DNA of 64,000 nucleotides. Origin: Methanolinea sp. UBA277. Its GTDB lineage: Archaea; Halobacteriota; Methanomicrobia; Methanomicrobiales; Methanospirillaceae. The stretch lies in contig DANP01000020.1 in the NCBI GenBank assembly GCA_002499905.1, positions 186,054-250,053 of the forward strand, given 5' to 3'. This document shows, piece after piece, positions 29,409-39,062 of the stretch; within the stretch, counting starts at the first letter, position 1, and each line of letters begins with the position of its first letter. The position numbers and the translations under genes are program-made. Under the pieces are notes generated by a model. The model did no database searches. It was not told where the DNA came from and was given only the letters and a program-made list of their open reading frames with translations.

Positions 29409-30656
29409 TCAGATCCACCCCCGCAGCCGCATAGCCTGCACCACCCGCTCGACAGCAATTGAGTAGGCTGCCTGGCGCATCGGGACATTGTTCCGGGAGG
29501 CGAGGTCCCCGACAGCACGGTAAGCTTCAACCATCTTCTTCTCGAGCCTGCGGAAGACCTCCTCTTCATCCCAGTGGTCAAAGTTGGCGTTCTGGACCAT
29601 TTCAAAGTAGGAGACGATCACCCCTCCGCCGTTGCAGAGAAAATCGGGAATCACGAGAATATTCTTCATGTGGAGAAGGGCATCGGCATCGGTATCCACC
29701 GGGCCATTGGCAAATTCGGCGACGATTTCCGCTTTCACCCCGTCGGCATTGGCACGCGTTACCACATTCTCGAGAGCAGCCGGGATCAGGACTTCGCATT
29801 CGATCTCCAGGAGCTCATGGTTGGTGATGTTCCGCGCTCCGGGGAAATCCGTCACCGAGCCGGTCTTCGCCTTGTGGGTGAGCAGCGCCCGGACATCCAG
29901 GCCCTTTTCAGAAAAGACACCTCCCCTGCTGTCACTGACTGCCACGATCCGGCAACCGAACTGTTCCTGGCCGATCAGGGCGGCATTTGACCCCACATTC
30001 CCGAATCCCTGGACGGCCACCCGGGCGCCCCGGGGATCCAGATTCCGGTCTGCTGCCGCCTCCCGGACTGCATACCAGCCCCCCGTTGCTGTGGCCGCGG
30101 TCCGCCCCGCTGAACCGCCAAGGCTGACCGGTTTTCCGGTGATCATCCCAAACGTCGTCTTATGGGCAATCCGCGAGTACTCATCCATCATCCAGGCCAT
30201 GGTCCGGGCATCGGTGTACATATCAGGTGCCGGGATATCCCTTTCAGGGCCGATGATATGGTAGATGCTCTGGATGTATGCCCGGGAGAGCCGCTCGAGC
30301 TCTCCTTCCGACATCTCTTTCGGGTTGCAGACAACCCCCCCTTTTGCTCCGCCGAGCGGGAGGTTATGGAGGGCGCACTTCCAGGTCATCAGCGATGCAA
30401 GTCCCCGGATGGTATCGATGGTCTCGTCCGGGTGGTACCGGATCCCTCCCTTGGTGGGCCCGAGGGCATCATTGTACTGGACGCGGAACCCCTGGAAGGC
30501 CCGGATCGCCCCGTCATCCATCCTGACCGGGATCGAGACATGCAGCTCCCGCACCGGCAGCTTCAGGATGGCCTCGACGTTGGGGGAGAGGGCGAGATCG
30601 GTAGAGCAGGAACAGAGGTGCTGTTTCACCATCTCAAAGAGGTTCTGATCATTCAT
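29409..30656 (-). CDS. gdhA: glutamate dehydrogenase (Glu/Leu/Phe/Val dehydrogenase family)
   Basis: Catalytic-Lys motif 'GPTKGGIRYHP', 'LPLGGAKGG' and dinucleotide fold 'VAVQGFGNVG'. I chose the ATG at 30656 so that it follows the upstream gene's stop at 30671. Confidence 0.92.
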   Translation of the reverse strand: MNDQNLFEMVKQHLCSCSTDLALSPNVEAILKLPVRELHVSIPVRMDDGAIRAFQGFRVQYNDALGPTKGGIRYHPDETIDTIRGLASLMTWKCALHNLPLGGAKGGVVCNPKEMSEGELERLSRAYIQSIYHIIGPERDIPAPDMYTDARTMAWMMDEYSRIAHKTTFGMITGKPVSLGGSAGRTAATATGGWYAVREAAADRNLDPRGARVAVQGFGNVGSNAALIGQEQFGCRIVAVSDSRGGVFSEKGLDVRALLTHKAKTGSVTDFPGARNITNHELLEIECEVLIPAALENVVTRANADGVKAEIVAEFANGPVDTDADALLHMKNILVIPDFLCNGGGVIVSYFEMVQNANFDHWDEEEVFRRLEKKMVEAYRAVGDLASRNNVPMRQAAYSIAVERVVQAMRLRGWI

Positions 30657-30670
30657 CTCCGCTCCCCCCT

Positions 30671-31522
30671 TCACCGCTTTGCATCGAGAATTTTCGCGAT
30701 CTGTTCTTCCCGTCCGGCAACGGACACCCTGCGGTGCGCGAACTGTTCCTCAAAGACCGGTTTCTCCTCCCGGTAGAAGAGACCGAAGGCAATCGGCGAA
30801 TCAGTGTTGTAGTCCCACTCCTCCGCCTTCCGGCATGCTGCCTCGAAATCTGCCGGGTCATGGCCGGAGAGCGTGTACCCCTGCCGGTCGTAGAGCTCAC
30901 TTACGTTGAAGTAGCTTGCACAGATCTGGAGCACGTCGATGAAGGCAAATCCCCGGTGCATCAGCCCCTGGGAGATCAGGGGTCCGAGTTCTTTCATCCT
31001 TCGCGTGGTCCCCCGGGCGATGAAGCCGGCCCCGCTGGTCAGCATCAGGGAGAGGGGGTTGAACGGTGCCTCGACGGTTCCACCCGGTGTGGAACGGCCC
31101 CTGAAGCCGAGCGGCGAGGTGGGGGTGTACTGGCCGGTGGTGAGCCCGTAGACACGGTTGTTGTGAATGATGACCGTGATATCGGAGTTCCGCTTTGCGG
31201 CAAAGATCAGGTGGTCCAGCCCCTCGGCGTATGCATCGCCATCCCCGGCGCAGCAGAGCACGGTGAGGTCCGGGTTGGCAAGCTTGATCCCGGTAGCGAC
31301 GGGAATGGTCCGGCCGTGAATAGAGTAGAAACTGTTGATGTTCAGGTAATCGGCCATCTTGGCATGGCACCCGATCCCGGTCACGAGAACAATGTTTTCG
31401 AGGGGAACTCCCTCGTCCACGAGCTTCTGGATGGCGTTCCGGAGTGCAAACTGGATGGTGAAGTTTCCGCATCCCGGACACCAGGTGTTCCGGGCATCGG
31501 TGATCAGGGTCTGTGGGGACAT
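30671..31522 (-). CDS. 2-oxoacid:ferredoxin oxidoreductase, beta (TPP-binding) subunit
   Basis: N-terminal 'WCPGCGNF' and TPP motif 'CCAGDGDAYAEG..NNRVYGLT'. TAATG overlap with the alpha-subunit stop. Confidence 0.9.
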   Translation of the reverse strand: MSPQTLITDARNTWCPGCGNFTIQFALRNAIQKLVDEGVPLENIVLVTGIGCHAKMADYLNINSFYSIHGRTIPVATGIKLANPDLTVLCCAGDGDAYAEGLDHLIFAAKRNSDITVIIHNNRVYGLTTGQYTPTSPLGFRGRSTPGGTVEAPFNPLSLMLTSGAGFIARGTTRRMKELGPLISQGLMHRGFAFIDVLQICASYFNVSELYDRQGYTLSGHDPADFEAACRKAEEWDYNTDSPIAFGLFYREEKPVFEEQFAHRRVSVAGREEQIAKILDAKR

Positions 31523-33171
31523 TATGCCACCTCCGCAAGCCGGCGCTCGAGTTCCTCAACGGCAAACGGCCGTCCGTCAAACTTCAGGACCGCTGCATCT
31601 ACGGCGATGTCGTGCCGTGCACAGAGCATCCTGAGCTGCCCGAGCGCATTCTCCTCGACGGCGATGACCCGTTCTGTCCCGGACAGTGCCGCTTTCAGCT
31701 GCTCATAAGGGAACGGGGACAGAACGACAGGCTGAACACCACGGATGCCCAGCCTGCCGGCAACCTCACGGCAGACCGGCAGGGTGGAGCCCCAGCAGAG
31801 GAGGGTGGTCGCAGCCCCGTCTCTGCCGAAGCTCACTACCGGGTCCATGACCCCGGTCTCCCGGCGGAGCGTCTCTCCTTTCCTGAGACGTTTTCCGGTC
31901 AACAGGACGGTGACGTCACCCCGCTCGGTGGTAATACCCGCTTCATCATGGATGTAGCTGTTGACCTTCACAGCCGATCCGGGGACCGGGGGGTGCAGCA
32001 TCGGAGAGATCCCGCTGTCAGTTATCGCATACCGCCGATAAGGCCCGCCTGGAGGGGCAGCCGGACACTCTCCCTCCGGCAGGTGAGGGAATGCTCCCTC
32101 CAGGAGCGGGGTAATTCCTTCGCAGAGGGTCTTGTCGACCAGGATAATCGCCGGTACCTGGCAGCTCCAGGCAAGAGAGAGTGCCCTGGCCGACCAGGTA
32201 CATGCCTGGGTGATGTCGCCGGGGGCTACCACCAGCCTGGGGAACTCCCCCTGCCCGGCATGGAGCATGAAGTGGAGATCGGACTGCCCGGTGTAGGTGG
32301 GAAGGCCGGTACTCGGGCCGGTCCGCTGCCCCATGACCACCACCACCGGAACCTCGTTGGTCCCGGCCATGGAGAAGCTCTCGGTCATCAGGCAGAACCC
32401 GCCACCCGAAGTCCCGACAGCCGTCCGTTTTCCGGCATAGGCCAGCCCGTGGGCCATCAGGATGACTGAAATCTCGTTTTCCGGGTGCACCACGGTCAGG
32501 GGATAGTCTTCTGCCACCCCGGCCAGGAAGTGAAGGAGATTCGAAGTCGGGGTCATCGGGTAGGCGACATACGCGTCGAGGCCCCCGTGCAGGAGGCCGA
32601 GGCCGATTGCCTCGTTCCCTGATAGGAGGGGGAACGGCTCCTGTCCCCTTGGCTCAACCCGGTGTACCTGCTTCACGGATGCAAATCCCTTCCTGGCGAC
32701 GGCGAGGTTCTTCCCGAGACCCCGTGGAATCTGCTTCCTGAAGACCTCCTCGACCACGGTGAATGGGATCCCGGTTGCGCCGGCAAGAGCCCCGATCATG
32801 CACGAATTCCCCATGACCGCCGGGGCCTGCTCCTCTTTCAGGATGTCCTGCACCGGGACGCCCTGCCCGTCTCCGGCCGCCTTTCCGCTGTTAAAGATCA
32901 CCACCGTCCGGTCGTGCATGAGATCACGGTGGAGATCGATGGTGTCCTGGTTCAGGGCCAGCACGACATCGACCCGTTCCCGGCAGGCCCCGATCGGGGT
33001 ATCCGCCGCTCTGGTAATAGTGAAGTTGTGCCCTCCCTTGATGAGCGACGGGTAATCGAAGTACATGTACGTGGAGTATCCCATCCGGTTGAAGAGATGA
33101 GAGACGAGCAGCCCGGCACTGTTGATACCATCTCCGGCCCTGCCCCCTGTGAGAACCGACAGGTCTGCCAT
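31522..33171 (-). CDS. 2-oxoacid:ferredoxin oxidoreductase, alpha subunit (gamma-alpha fusion)
   Basis: 549 aa. An N-terminal gamma-type domain 'TGGRAGDGINSAG' is fused to the alpha domain ('GNEAIGLG', 'AYPMTPTS', 'TSGGGF'). Confidence 0.9.
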   Translation of the reverse strand: MADLSVLTGGRAGDGINSAGLLVSHLFNRMGYSTYMYFDYPSLIKGGHNFTITRAADTPIGACRERVDVVLALNQDTIDLHRDLMHDRTVVIFNSGKAAGDGQGVPVQDILKEEQAPAVMGNSCMIGALAGATGIPFTVVEEVFRKQIPRGLGKNLAVARKGFASVKQVHRVEPRGQEPFPLLSGNEAIGLGLLHGGLDAYVAYPMTPTSNLLHFLAGVAEDYPLTVVHPENEISVILMAHGLAYAGKRTAVGTSGGGFCLMTESFSMAGTNEVPVVVVMGQRTGPSTGLPTYTGQSDLHFMLHAGQGEFPRLVVAPGDITQACTWSARALSLAWSCQVPAIILVDKTLCEGITPLLEGAFPHLPEGECPAAPPGGPYRRYAITDSGISPMLHPPVPGSAVKVNSYIHDEAGITTERGDVTVLLTGKRLRKGETLRRETGVMDPVVSFGRDGAATTLLCWGSTLPVCREVAGRLGIRGVQPVVLSPFPYEQLKAALSGTERVIAVEENALGQLRMLCARHDIAVDAAVLKFDGRPFAVEELERRLAEVA

Positions 33172-33258
33172 AACCTCCTCCTGATCCTGTGGTATCCGGG
33201 AGAGCTGATATATATTCCGGGAAATCGGGTTTTTCAGAAAAAGGACTGAAAATAAGAT

Positions 33259-33546
33259 TTATTTTTTCTTCCGGGGAGCGGTGCGCCTGATCCGTTCTGC
33301 CTCATCATGATCGTCGATCTGCATCAGGAAGGTCCCATAACAGGGTTTGGTGTAGGGGAAGGTAACCGTATCGCCATCAAGCCCGATCGAGATGGGAGGA
33401 ACACCTATCACTGCCTTCTCGAAGATGTGGAAGCCGGGCTGCACATCGTAGTATTCACTGCAGTGGGTCCGGACATATTCACGGCACTCCTTGAAACTGG
33501 CGCCCCGCAGGATGATCTCGTACTTCAGAGATTCGACACAACCCAT
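33259..33546 (-). CDS. methanogen-conserved hypothetical protein (DUF1894-like by recollection)
   Basis: 95 aa, 'MGCVESLKYEIILRGASFKECREYV..'. It overlaps the upstream gene by 22 nt and is the last gene of the fdhD operon. Confidence 0.7.
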   Translation of the reverse strand: MGCVESLKYEIILRGASFKECREYVRTHCSEYYDVQPGFHIFEKAVIGVPPISIGLDGDTVTFPYTKPCYGTFLMQIDDHDEAERIRRTAPRKKK

Positions 33547-34007
33547 GGAAGTACCTCGTCGATCTTCTTCTTCAGCGGCATCGGGTTGTGCACCGCCTTT
33601 ACCGCGATCTTCTCGCAGGGAAACTCGATCTCGGCTGCCATCTCCTTGAAATGCTCCCCGTAGATGACAGCAACGACCGTGACACCGGTGAGAGCCTGGA
33701 CGGTTGCGGCATAGCTTATCCCGGCATCGTTATGGATGAAAATAAAGTAGTAATCATACTTCCTCCGGTCTGCCGCAAGGTCCTCGATGAACCGGTCGAG
33801 GTCAATGATTTCCCCGGTATAGTGCCGGTCGGGATCAGACACTTCGGCATTCAGCCGGGCCGCCCGGTTTCCGGCAATAACCGGGATGACCCCTTTCTTC
33901 CTGAGGTGGGCCGCAAGGTAGAGGGCGATGCTCGTTTGCACCGGAACCTGCGGGCATCCGAGGACCAGCACCGCCTGCTTCCCTGCCGTCCCTTTCACTC
34001 CGCTCAT
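33525..34007 (-). CDS. methanogen-conserved hypothetical protein (DUF1890-like by recollection)
   Basis: The ATG at 34007 gives 'MSGVKGTAGKQAVLVLGCPQVPVQTS..'. The track start at 34088 lies inside fdhD. Confidence 0.7.
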   Translation of the reverse strand: MSGVKGTAGKQAVLVLGCPQVPVQTSIALYLAAHLRKKGVIPVIAGNRAARLNAEVSDPDRHYTGEIIDLDRFIEDLAADRRKYDYYFIFIHNDAGISYAATVQALTGVTVVAVIYGEHFKEMAAEIEFPCEKIAVKAVHNPMPLKKKIDEVLPWVVSNL

Positions 34008-34059
34008 GTCACTATCCCCATTGTTCCCCGGCCCTAAAGTGTTTTTCCGGCACCCGGCA

Positions 34060-34806
34060 TCAGCGAGGACGATCCTCCGGGCCGACACCCCTGACCCGCC
34101 ACGGGTGGGTGTACACGGTGAAGCGTTCCTCCCGGGAGAAGCAGATCAGGGTGATCCCGAGCTCGCCTGCGGTCGCGATCCCCCGGTCCGTCGATGCCGC
34201 CCGGGATATGACGATCGGGACGCCGGCGTTGGCATACTTGATCACCATGTCGCGGGGCTGCCGCCCGGTGCAGCCCACGATGCATTCGGAGAGATCGATA
34301 CCGTTCAGAACACCGTAGCCGATCACCTTGTCGACGGTGTTGTGCCTTCCGACATCGCTTGCCCGGAAGAGGATCTCCCCGTCCTTCGCCAGGACCGAAC
34401 AGTGGACCCCTCCGGTCTGACGCCAGAGATCGGTCACGATCTCTCTGGTGATGGCAAAGACATCGGGAATGGTGGTGATGCAGCCGGATGGCACGGGTTC
34501 GGGAGGGCGGCAGATGAAACCCACCGTGCCGGTTGTCTCGATCTCCCGCTCGCAGGATTCTTCCAGCGGTGCGGATACCCGGATCTCGTTTCCCTCGACA
34601 GATACGGCATCTACCGATCGTGAGAGACCCTGGCAGAGAACGAACCCGGCCCCGAGCTCCCGCAGGTTTTCCCTGCTTGCCACCATGTCGAGGAACCGGG
34701 TGCCGTTTAGGATGAGGGTGAAGCGCTCCTCCTGTACAATAGTGTCATCAATACCGGAGATCCGCTCACCCCTGACCTGGATCCCGGTATACCGCACCGT
34801 GCTCAT
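34060..34806 (-). CDS. fdhD: formate dehydrogenase accessory sulfurtransferase FdhD
   Basis: 248 aa with 'DVGRHNTVDKVIG' and 'TGRQPRDMVIKYANAGVPIVISRAAST', typical of the FdhD/NarQ family. Confidence 0.9.
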   Translation of the reverse strand: MSTVRYTGIQVRGERISGIDDTIVQEERFTLILNGTRFLDMVASRENLRELGAGFVLCQGLSRSVDAVSVEGNEIRVSAPLEESCEREIETTGTVGFICRPPEPVPSGCITTIPDVFAITREIVTDLWRQTGGVHCSVLAKDGEILFRASDVGRHNTVDKVIGYGVLNGIDLSECIVGCTGRQPRDMVIKYANAGVPIVISRAASTDRGIATAGELGITLICFSREERFTVYTHPWRVRGVGPEDRPR

Positions 34807-35120
34807 TGCCGGACCTCATCGCGGATCCACTGGAGGTACGGGGGGTATCCCCCGGCCACCGGCAGCAGGATCATCTCCGGGAGCTCGTACGAATGGATCT
34901 CACGGATCCGGCTCATCACCGCATCGGCCCGGTCCCGGGTGGTCTTGATGATGAGCAGCTGCTCCTGGTCCTGGCAGAACTCCCCTTCCCACCGGTAGAA
35001 TGAGGTCACCCCGGTGATGTTCACGCAGGCGGCGCGATGTTCCTCAACGAGCGCCCTCGCGATGACCGCCGACTCCGCTTCGCCGGCAGTGGTGAGGATG
35101 ATGACCGGTTCCTGCTGCAT
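34803..35120 (-). CDS. cutA: divalent-cation tolerance protein CutA
   Basis: 105 aa with 'SFYRWEGEF', 'LLIIKT' and 'HSYELPE'. ATGA-type overlap with the fdhD start. Confidence 0.9.
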   Translation of the reverse strand: MQQEPVIILTTAGEAESAVIARALVEEHRAACVNITGVTSFYRWEGEFCQDQEQLLIIKTTRDRADAVMSRIREIHSYELPEMILLPVAGGYPPYLQWIRDEVRQ

Positions 35121-35230
35121 GGCTCTTTCCCTCTGTAATCTCCATTGCAGGGCGGGGGTTTTTACTCCTTCGGTTCATCCGCTTCCGTGCAGGACACCTT
35201 AATGTGTGCCGGGAAAGAATAACTACCCGC

Positions 35231-36379
35231 ATGTACGCGGAACGGATGGGAGAGCTCCCCCCCTACCTCTTTGCGCGAATTGATGAACTCAAGGCCGCCC
35301 GGATCGCACGCGGCGTTGATGTAATCGACCTCGGTGTGGGCGATCCCGATCTCCCCACACCTCCCCATATCGTGGATGCCCTCTGCCGGGCGGCACAGGA
35401 CCCCCGGAACCACCACTACCCCTCCTATGCCGGCATGGAGCAGTACCGGTCCGCGGTCGCCCGCTGGTATGCCGCCCGCTTCGGGGTCAGCCTGGACCCG
35501 AAGAAGGAAGTCCTGGCCCTGATGGGCTCCAAGGACGGCATCGCCCATGTCCCGGAAGCCTTTGTCAATCCCGGAGACTACGTTCTTGCCCCGAGCCCGG
35601 GGTACCCGGTCTACCGGACATCGACCCTCTTTGCCGAGGGAAAGGTCTACGAGATGCCGCTCCGCCCGGAGCGGAACTTCCTCCCCGACCTCGCTGCCAT
35701 ACCCCGGGACGTGGCCCGGAAAGCCCGGCTGATGTTCCTCAACTACCCGAACAACCCCACCTCAGCCACCACCCTTCCGGGGTTCTTTGAGGAGGCGGTT
35801 GATTTTGCGGCGGACAACGACCTGATCATCGTCCATGACAACGCCTATTCCGAGATCGCCTATGACGGATACCAGGCGCCATCGTTCCTCTCAACCCGTG
35901 GCGCCATGGAAGTGTCCGTGGAGATGCACTCGCTCTCCAAGACCTACAACATGACCGGGTGGCGGATCGGGATGGCCTGCGGGAATGCCGGGATCATTGC
36001 CGGTCTTGGCAGGGTCAAGACCAATGTCGATTCCGGGGTCTTTGATGCTGTCCAGCATGCTGCAATTGCAGCGCTCTCCGGACCGCAGGACTGCATCAGG
36101 GAAGCCTGCCGGATCTACGGGGAGCGGCGGGATGTACTGGTTGCAGGGCTCCGGTCCCTCGGTTACGCAGTCGAAGCCCCGAAAGCGACCTTCTACGTCT
36201 GGATGGCGGTCGATGACTGTATGCGGTTTGCCACCCGGCTCCTCGAGGAAGCCGGCATCGTGGTCACCCCCGGCATCGGTTTCGGCGACGGCGGTGATGG
36301 ATACGTGCGGTTTGCCCTCACCCGGTCAACGGACCGGATCCGGGAGGCGGTCGACCGCCTGGGGAGGCTGGCGCAGTGA
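35231..36379 (+). CDS. dapL: LL-diaminopimelate aminotransferase
   Basis: The ATG at 35231 gives 'MYAERMGELPPYLFARIDE'. Also 'VIDLGVGDPD', 'NYPNNPT' and PLP-Lys 'HSLSKTYNMTGWRIG'. It is followed by lysA. Confidence 0.88.
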   Translation: MYAERMGELPPYLFARIDELKAARIARGVDVIDLGVGDPDLPTPPHIVDALCRAAQDPRNHHYPSYAGMEQYRSAVARWYAARFGVSLDPKKEVLALMGSKDGIAHVPEAFVNPGDYVLAPSPGYPVYRTSTLFAEGKVYEMPLRPERNFLPDLAAIPRDVARKARLMFLNYPNNPTSATTLPGFFEEAVDFAADNDLIIVHDNAYSEIAYDGYQAPSFLSTRGAMEVSVEMHSLSKTYNMTGWRIGMACGNAGIIAGLGRVKTNVDSGVFDAVQHAAIAALSGPQDCIREACRIYGERRDVLVAGLRSLGYAVEAPKATFYVWMAVDDCMRFATRLLEEAGIVVTPGIGFGDGGDGYVRFALTRSTDRIREAVDRLGRLAQ

Positions 36380-37680
36380 ACCTTCCCCCGCATCTGACAA
36401 TCCGGGACGGTCATCTCTGGATCGGGGAGCACGACACCGTCGACCTTGCCCGGACCCGGGGCACCCCGCTCTACGTGACCGACCAGGAACGGATTGCCAC
36501 CTGTTATACTGCATACCGGGAGGCACTTTCCTCCGAATATTCCCGGCTGCGGATCCTCTACGCCGCAAAAGCGAACGGCAACCTCGCCGTGCTCCGGACC
36601 CTGGCCGATCTTGGTGCCGGGGCCGATGTCTTCTCTTCAGGAGAACTTCACCTTGCTCTCTCCGCAGGAATGGAGCCGCGAAGCCTTCTCTTCAACGGGA
36701 GCTCGAAGAGCCGGTCTGACCTCGCCCTCGCTGTTCAGAAAGGAGTCCCGGTCTCGGTTGATTCGCTCGACGAACTCCGGCAGCTGGACGCTGCTGCCGC
36801 GGCAGCAGGGAAGATCGCACGGATCGCCTTCCGGGTGAATCCCGCTGTTGATGTCCCCACCCACCCGAAGATCGCCACCGGCCTTGCCACGAGCAAGTTC
36901 GGGATCGCCCACCACCTCATCCCTTCCGCGTATAAGGAAGCCCTTGCCTGTTCCCATGTCGAGCCGGTCGGGATCCACTGCCACATCGGGTCCCAGATCC
37001 TCGCCGTCGAGCCATTCGCACGGGCCTGTGAGGTGATGATGCGGATCGTCGGCGAGATCACCAGCATGGGGGTCCGGCTGGAGTTTGTCGACCTGGGCGG
37101 AGGGCTTGGCATTCCCTACCACCGCGGAGAAGGGGAGACTGCCCCGACTCCTTCAGACTATGCCCGGGCCGTCGTACCCCTGTTCAGGGACGGCATCCGC
37201 GAAGCAGGGATCAGTCCGGAACTCTGGATCGAGCCGGGCCGGTCCCTGGTGGCCGACTCCACCATCCTTCTTGCCGGTGTCAACTCCATCAAGCCGGCAT
37301 ACAGGAACTTTGTCAACGTCGATGCCGGGTTCAGCCTCCTGATCCGGCCGGCAATGTACGATTCCTGGCACGAGGTGATCGCTGCAAACAAGGCCGGTAA
37401 AACAGGATCGGTCCTGTACACTATCGCCGGGCCCATCTGCGAGACCGGGGATATCCTGGCCCACGACAGGATGCTCCCCGAACTGTCTGACGGAGATCTC
37501 ATCGCCGTGCTCGATGCAGGGGCGTATGGGTTTGCCATGTCCTCCCAATACAACAGCAGGCCCCGGTGCCCGGAAGTCCTCCTGAATGGTGCGGAGGCTG
37601 CCCTCATGCGGCGGGGTGAGGATATCCGCGACCTGACCCGCAACATGGAAATCCCTCCCTGGCAGGAGCCGGGGGACTAG
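36376..37680 (+). CDS. lysA: diaminopimelate decarboxylase
   Basis: GTG start overlapping the dapL stop. 'LYAAKANGN' (PLP Lys), 'HCHIGSQI', 'GGGLGIPY', 'EPGRSLV' and 'PICETGD'. Confidence 0.95.
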   Translation: MNLPPHLTIRDGHLWIGEHDTVDLARTRGTPLYVTDQERIATCYTAYREALSSEYSRLRILYAAKANGNLAVLRTLADLGAGADVFSSGELHLALSAGMEPRSLLFNGSSKSRSDLALAVQKGVPVSVDSLDELRQLDAAAAAAGKIARIAFRVNPAVDVPTHPKIATGLATSKFGIAHHLIPSAYKEALACSHVEPVGIHCHIGSQILAVEPFARACEVMMRIVGEITSMGVRLEFVDLGGGLGIPYHRGEGETAPTPSDYARAVVPLFRDGIREAGISPELWIEPGRSLVADSTILLAGVNSIKPAYRNFVNVDAGFSLLIRPAMYDSWHEVIAANKAGKTGSVLYTIAGPICETGDILAHDRMLPELSDGDLIAVLDAGAYGFAMSSQYNSRPRCPEVLLNGAEAALMRRGEDIRDLTRNMEIPPWQEPGD

Positions 37681-37696
37681 CGGAGGATCACCTGGC

Positions 37697-39022
37697 GTGC
37701 AGTTCCACTATGCACTCGTGGACGACCTGATCAGCAGGGAAGAGTTCGAACGGCGGGTAGAGGATAAGATGCAGGAGTGCGGCGATCTCCTCGACGATGT
37801 CACCGCAGCGATGGTCGTGGTGCACGACCTCGGCAGGGAACATGTCAAGATCCGGGACCTCGCCATTGGATCCACCCTCTCCTCGTTCTTTGGCAGGGTT
37901 GTCTCAGTCTCCCAACTGCGGGAGTTCACACGGAAGGACGGTGAGAAAGGGTGGGTGGCCCACCTCATTCTCGGGGACGAGACCGGGCAGGTGCGGGCGG
38001 TCCTCTGGGACGAAAAGGCCGCCGCGGTTGCCGAGATCGAGCCCGGCGATGTGCTGGAGATCATCGGAAAGCAGGGGGGACGACAGGGGGACATCGTGGT
38101 CCTTGCCCTCCGGAAATCACCCATCGAGATTTCGTGCGGGACAGCGGTCCAGCCGCAGTATCAACCCCCCGAACGAAAAGACGTGGAGGGAATGGTCCTC
38201 CTCATGGGTGAGCCGCGGAGTATTGCCCGCAGGGACGGATCCACATCCGGGATGATCGAGGGCTGCTTCTTTGACGGCGAGGGCATGGCACGGATCGTGG
38301 CATGGGATCCCCCCCTCCTTGCAGACGTCCGGGAAGGGGCGTGCGTGCGGATTGCCGGGGCGCTGGTGAAACAGCGCAGTACAGGGAAGGAGTACGTGGT
38401 TGACGAGCGGAGTTCGATTACTCCCGCACCCCGCGAGTGTTCCTTCCGGTTCAGCAGGCTCGATGAGGTCCGGACAGACGGGACCTTCGCGGTCGAGGGG
38501 ACAGTCTCGTCCCTGCAGCCGCCCCGGGCATTCACCTCCCGGGACGGCCGGGCAAATCATGTCCGGAACCTGGTTATCACCGATACCGCCTGCGATCTCC
38601 GGGTGGTCTTCTGGGGCGACCGGGCCCTCATCCCCCTGGTGCCCGGTGAACGGATCGCCATCTACCAGGGATCGGGCAGGACCGGCCGGGACGGCGGGCT
38701 CGAGCTGCACGTCGGCGGGAGCGGGTTTGTCAGGGTTTTGACCCCTGCAGCAGAGGAGGAGATCGAAATGGAGGGGACGATCATCGTCACCCGTGAAGGG
38801 ACCTTCCTTGATGACGGGAACGAACGGTTCCTCCTCTCCGGCGAGCACCCCCACGGGCACGAAGTCCGCATCCGTGGACTCCTCTCCGGGGACCGGATCA
38901 CCCCTGTCTCAGTTGAAGACCGGGAACTTGATCCCGCTGCCATCCGGGCCAGGATACGCACGCTCACCGCCAGTCTGGCCGCGGACAATACTTTCACGCT
39001 GCATGGCCGCCAAGATATATGA
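37697..39022 (+). CDS. replication protein A (multi-OB-fold ssDNA-binding protein)
   Basis: 441 aa, GTG start. Repeated OB units are present: '[18 protein letters not shown]', '[17 protein letters not shown]' and '[18 protein letters not shown]'. It lies immediately upstream of radA. Confidence 0.85.
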   Translation: MQFHYALVDDLISREEFERRVEDKMQECGDLLDDVTAAMVVVHDLGREHVKIRDLAIGSTLSSFFGRVVSVSQLREFTRKDGEKGWVAHLILGDETGQVRAVLWDEKAAAVAEIEPGDVLEIIGKQGGRQGDIVVLALRKSPIEISCGTAVQPQYQPPERKDVEGMVLLMGEPRSIARRDGSTSGMIEGCFFDGEGMARIVAWDPPLLADVREGACVRIAGALVKQRSTGKEYVVDERSSITPAPRECSFRFSRLDEVRTDGTFAVEGTVSSLQPPRAFTSRDGRANHVRNLVITDTACDLRVVFWGDRALIPLVPGERIAIYQGSGRTGRDGGLELHVGGSGFVRVLTPAAEEEIEMEGTIIVTREGTFLDDGNERFLLSGEHPHGHEVRIRGLLSGDRITPVSVEDRELDPAAIRARIRTLTASLAADNTFTLHGRQDI

Positions 39023-39062
39023 CAGGGAACACTACGCTCTCTATGTCAGAGGTGACTACACT

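Noticed and set aside
38793-39062. The 90-codon N-terminal extension of radA in the ORF track. There are similar upstream extensions at 53737-53877 (TPR gene), 8656-8889 (cbiD), 50762-50872 (guaA-B) and 52855-53031 (thioesterase).
   Set aside because: The extensions overlap the preceding genes, translate to low-complexity Pro/Ser/Arg sequence, and are followed by ATGs that give canonical family N-termini.
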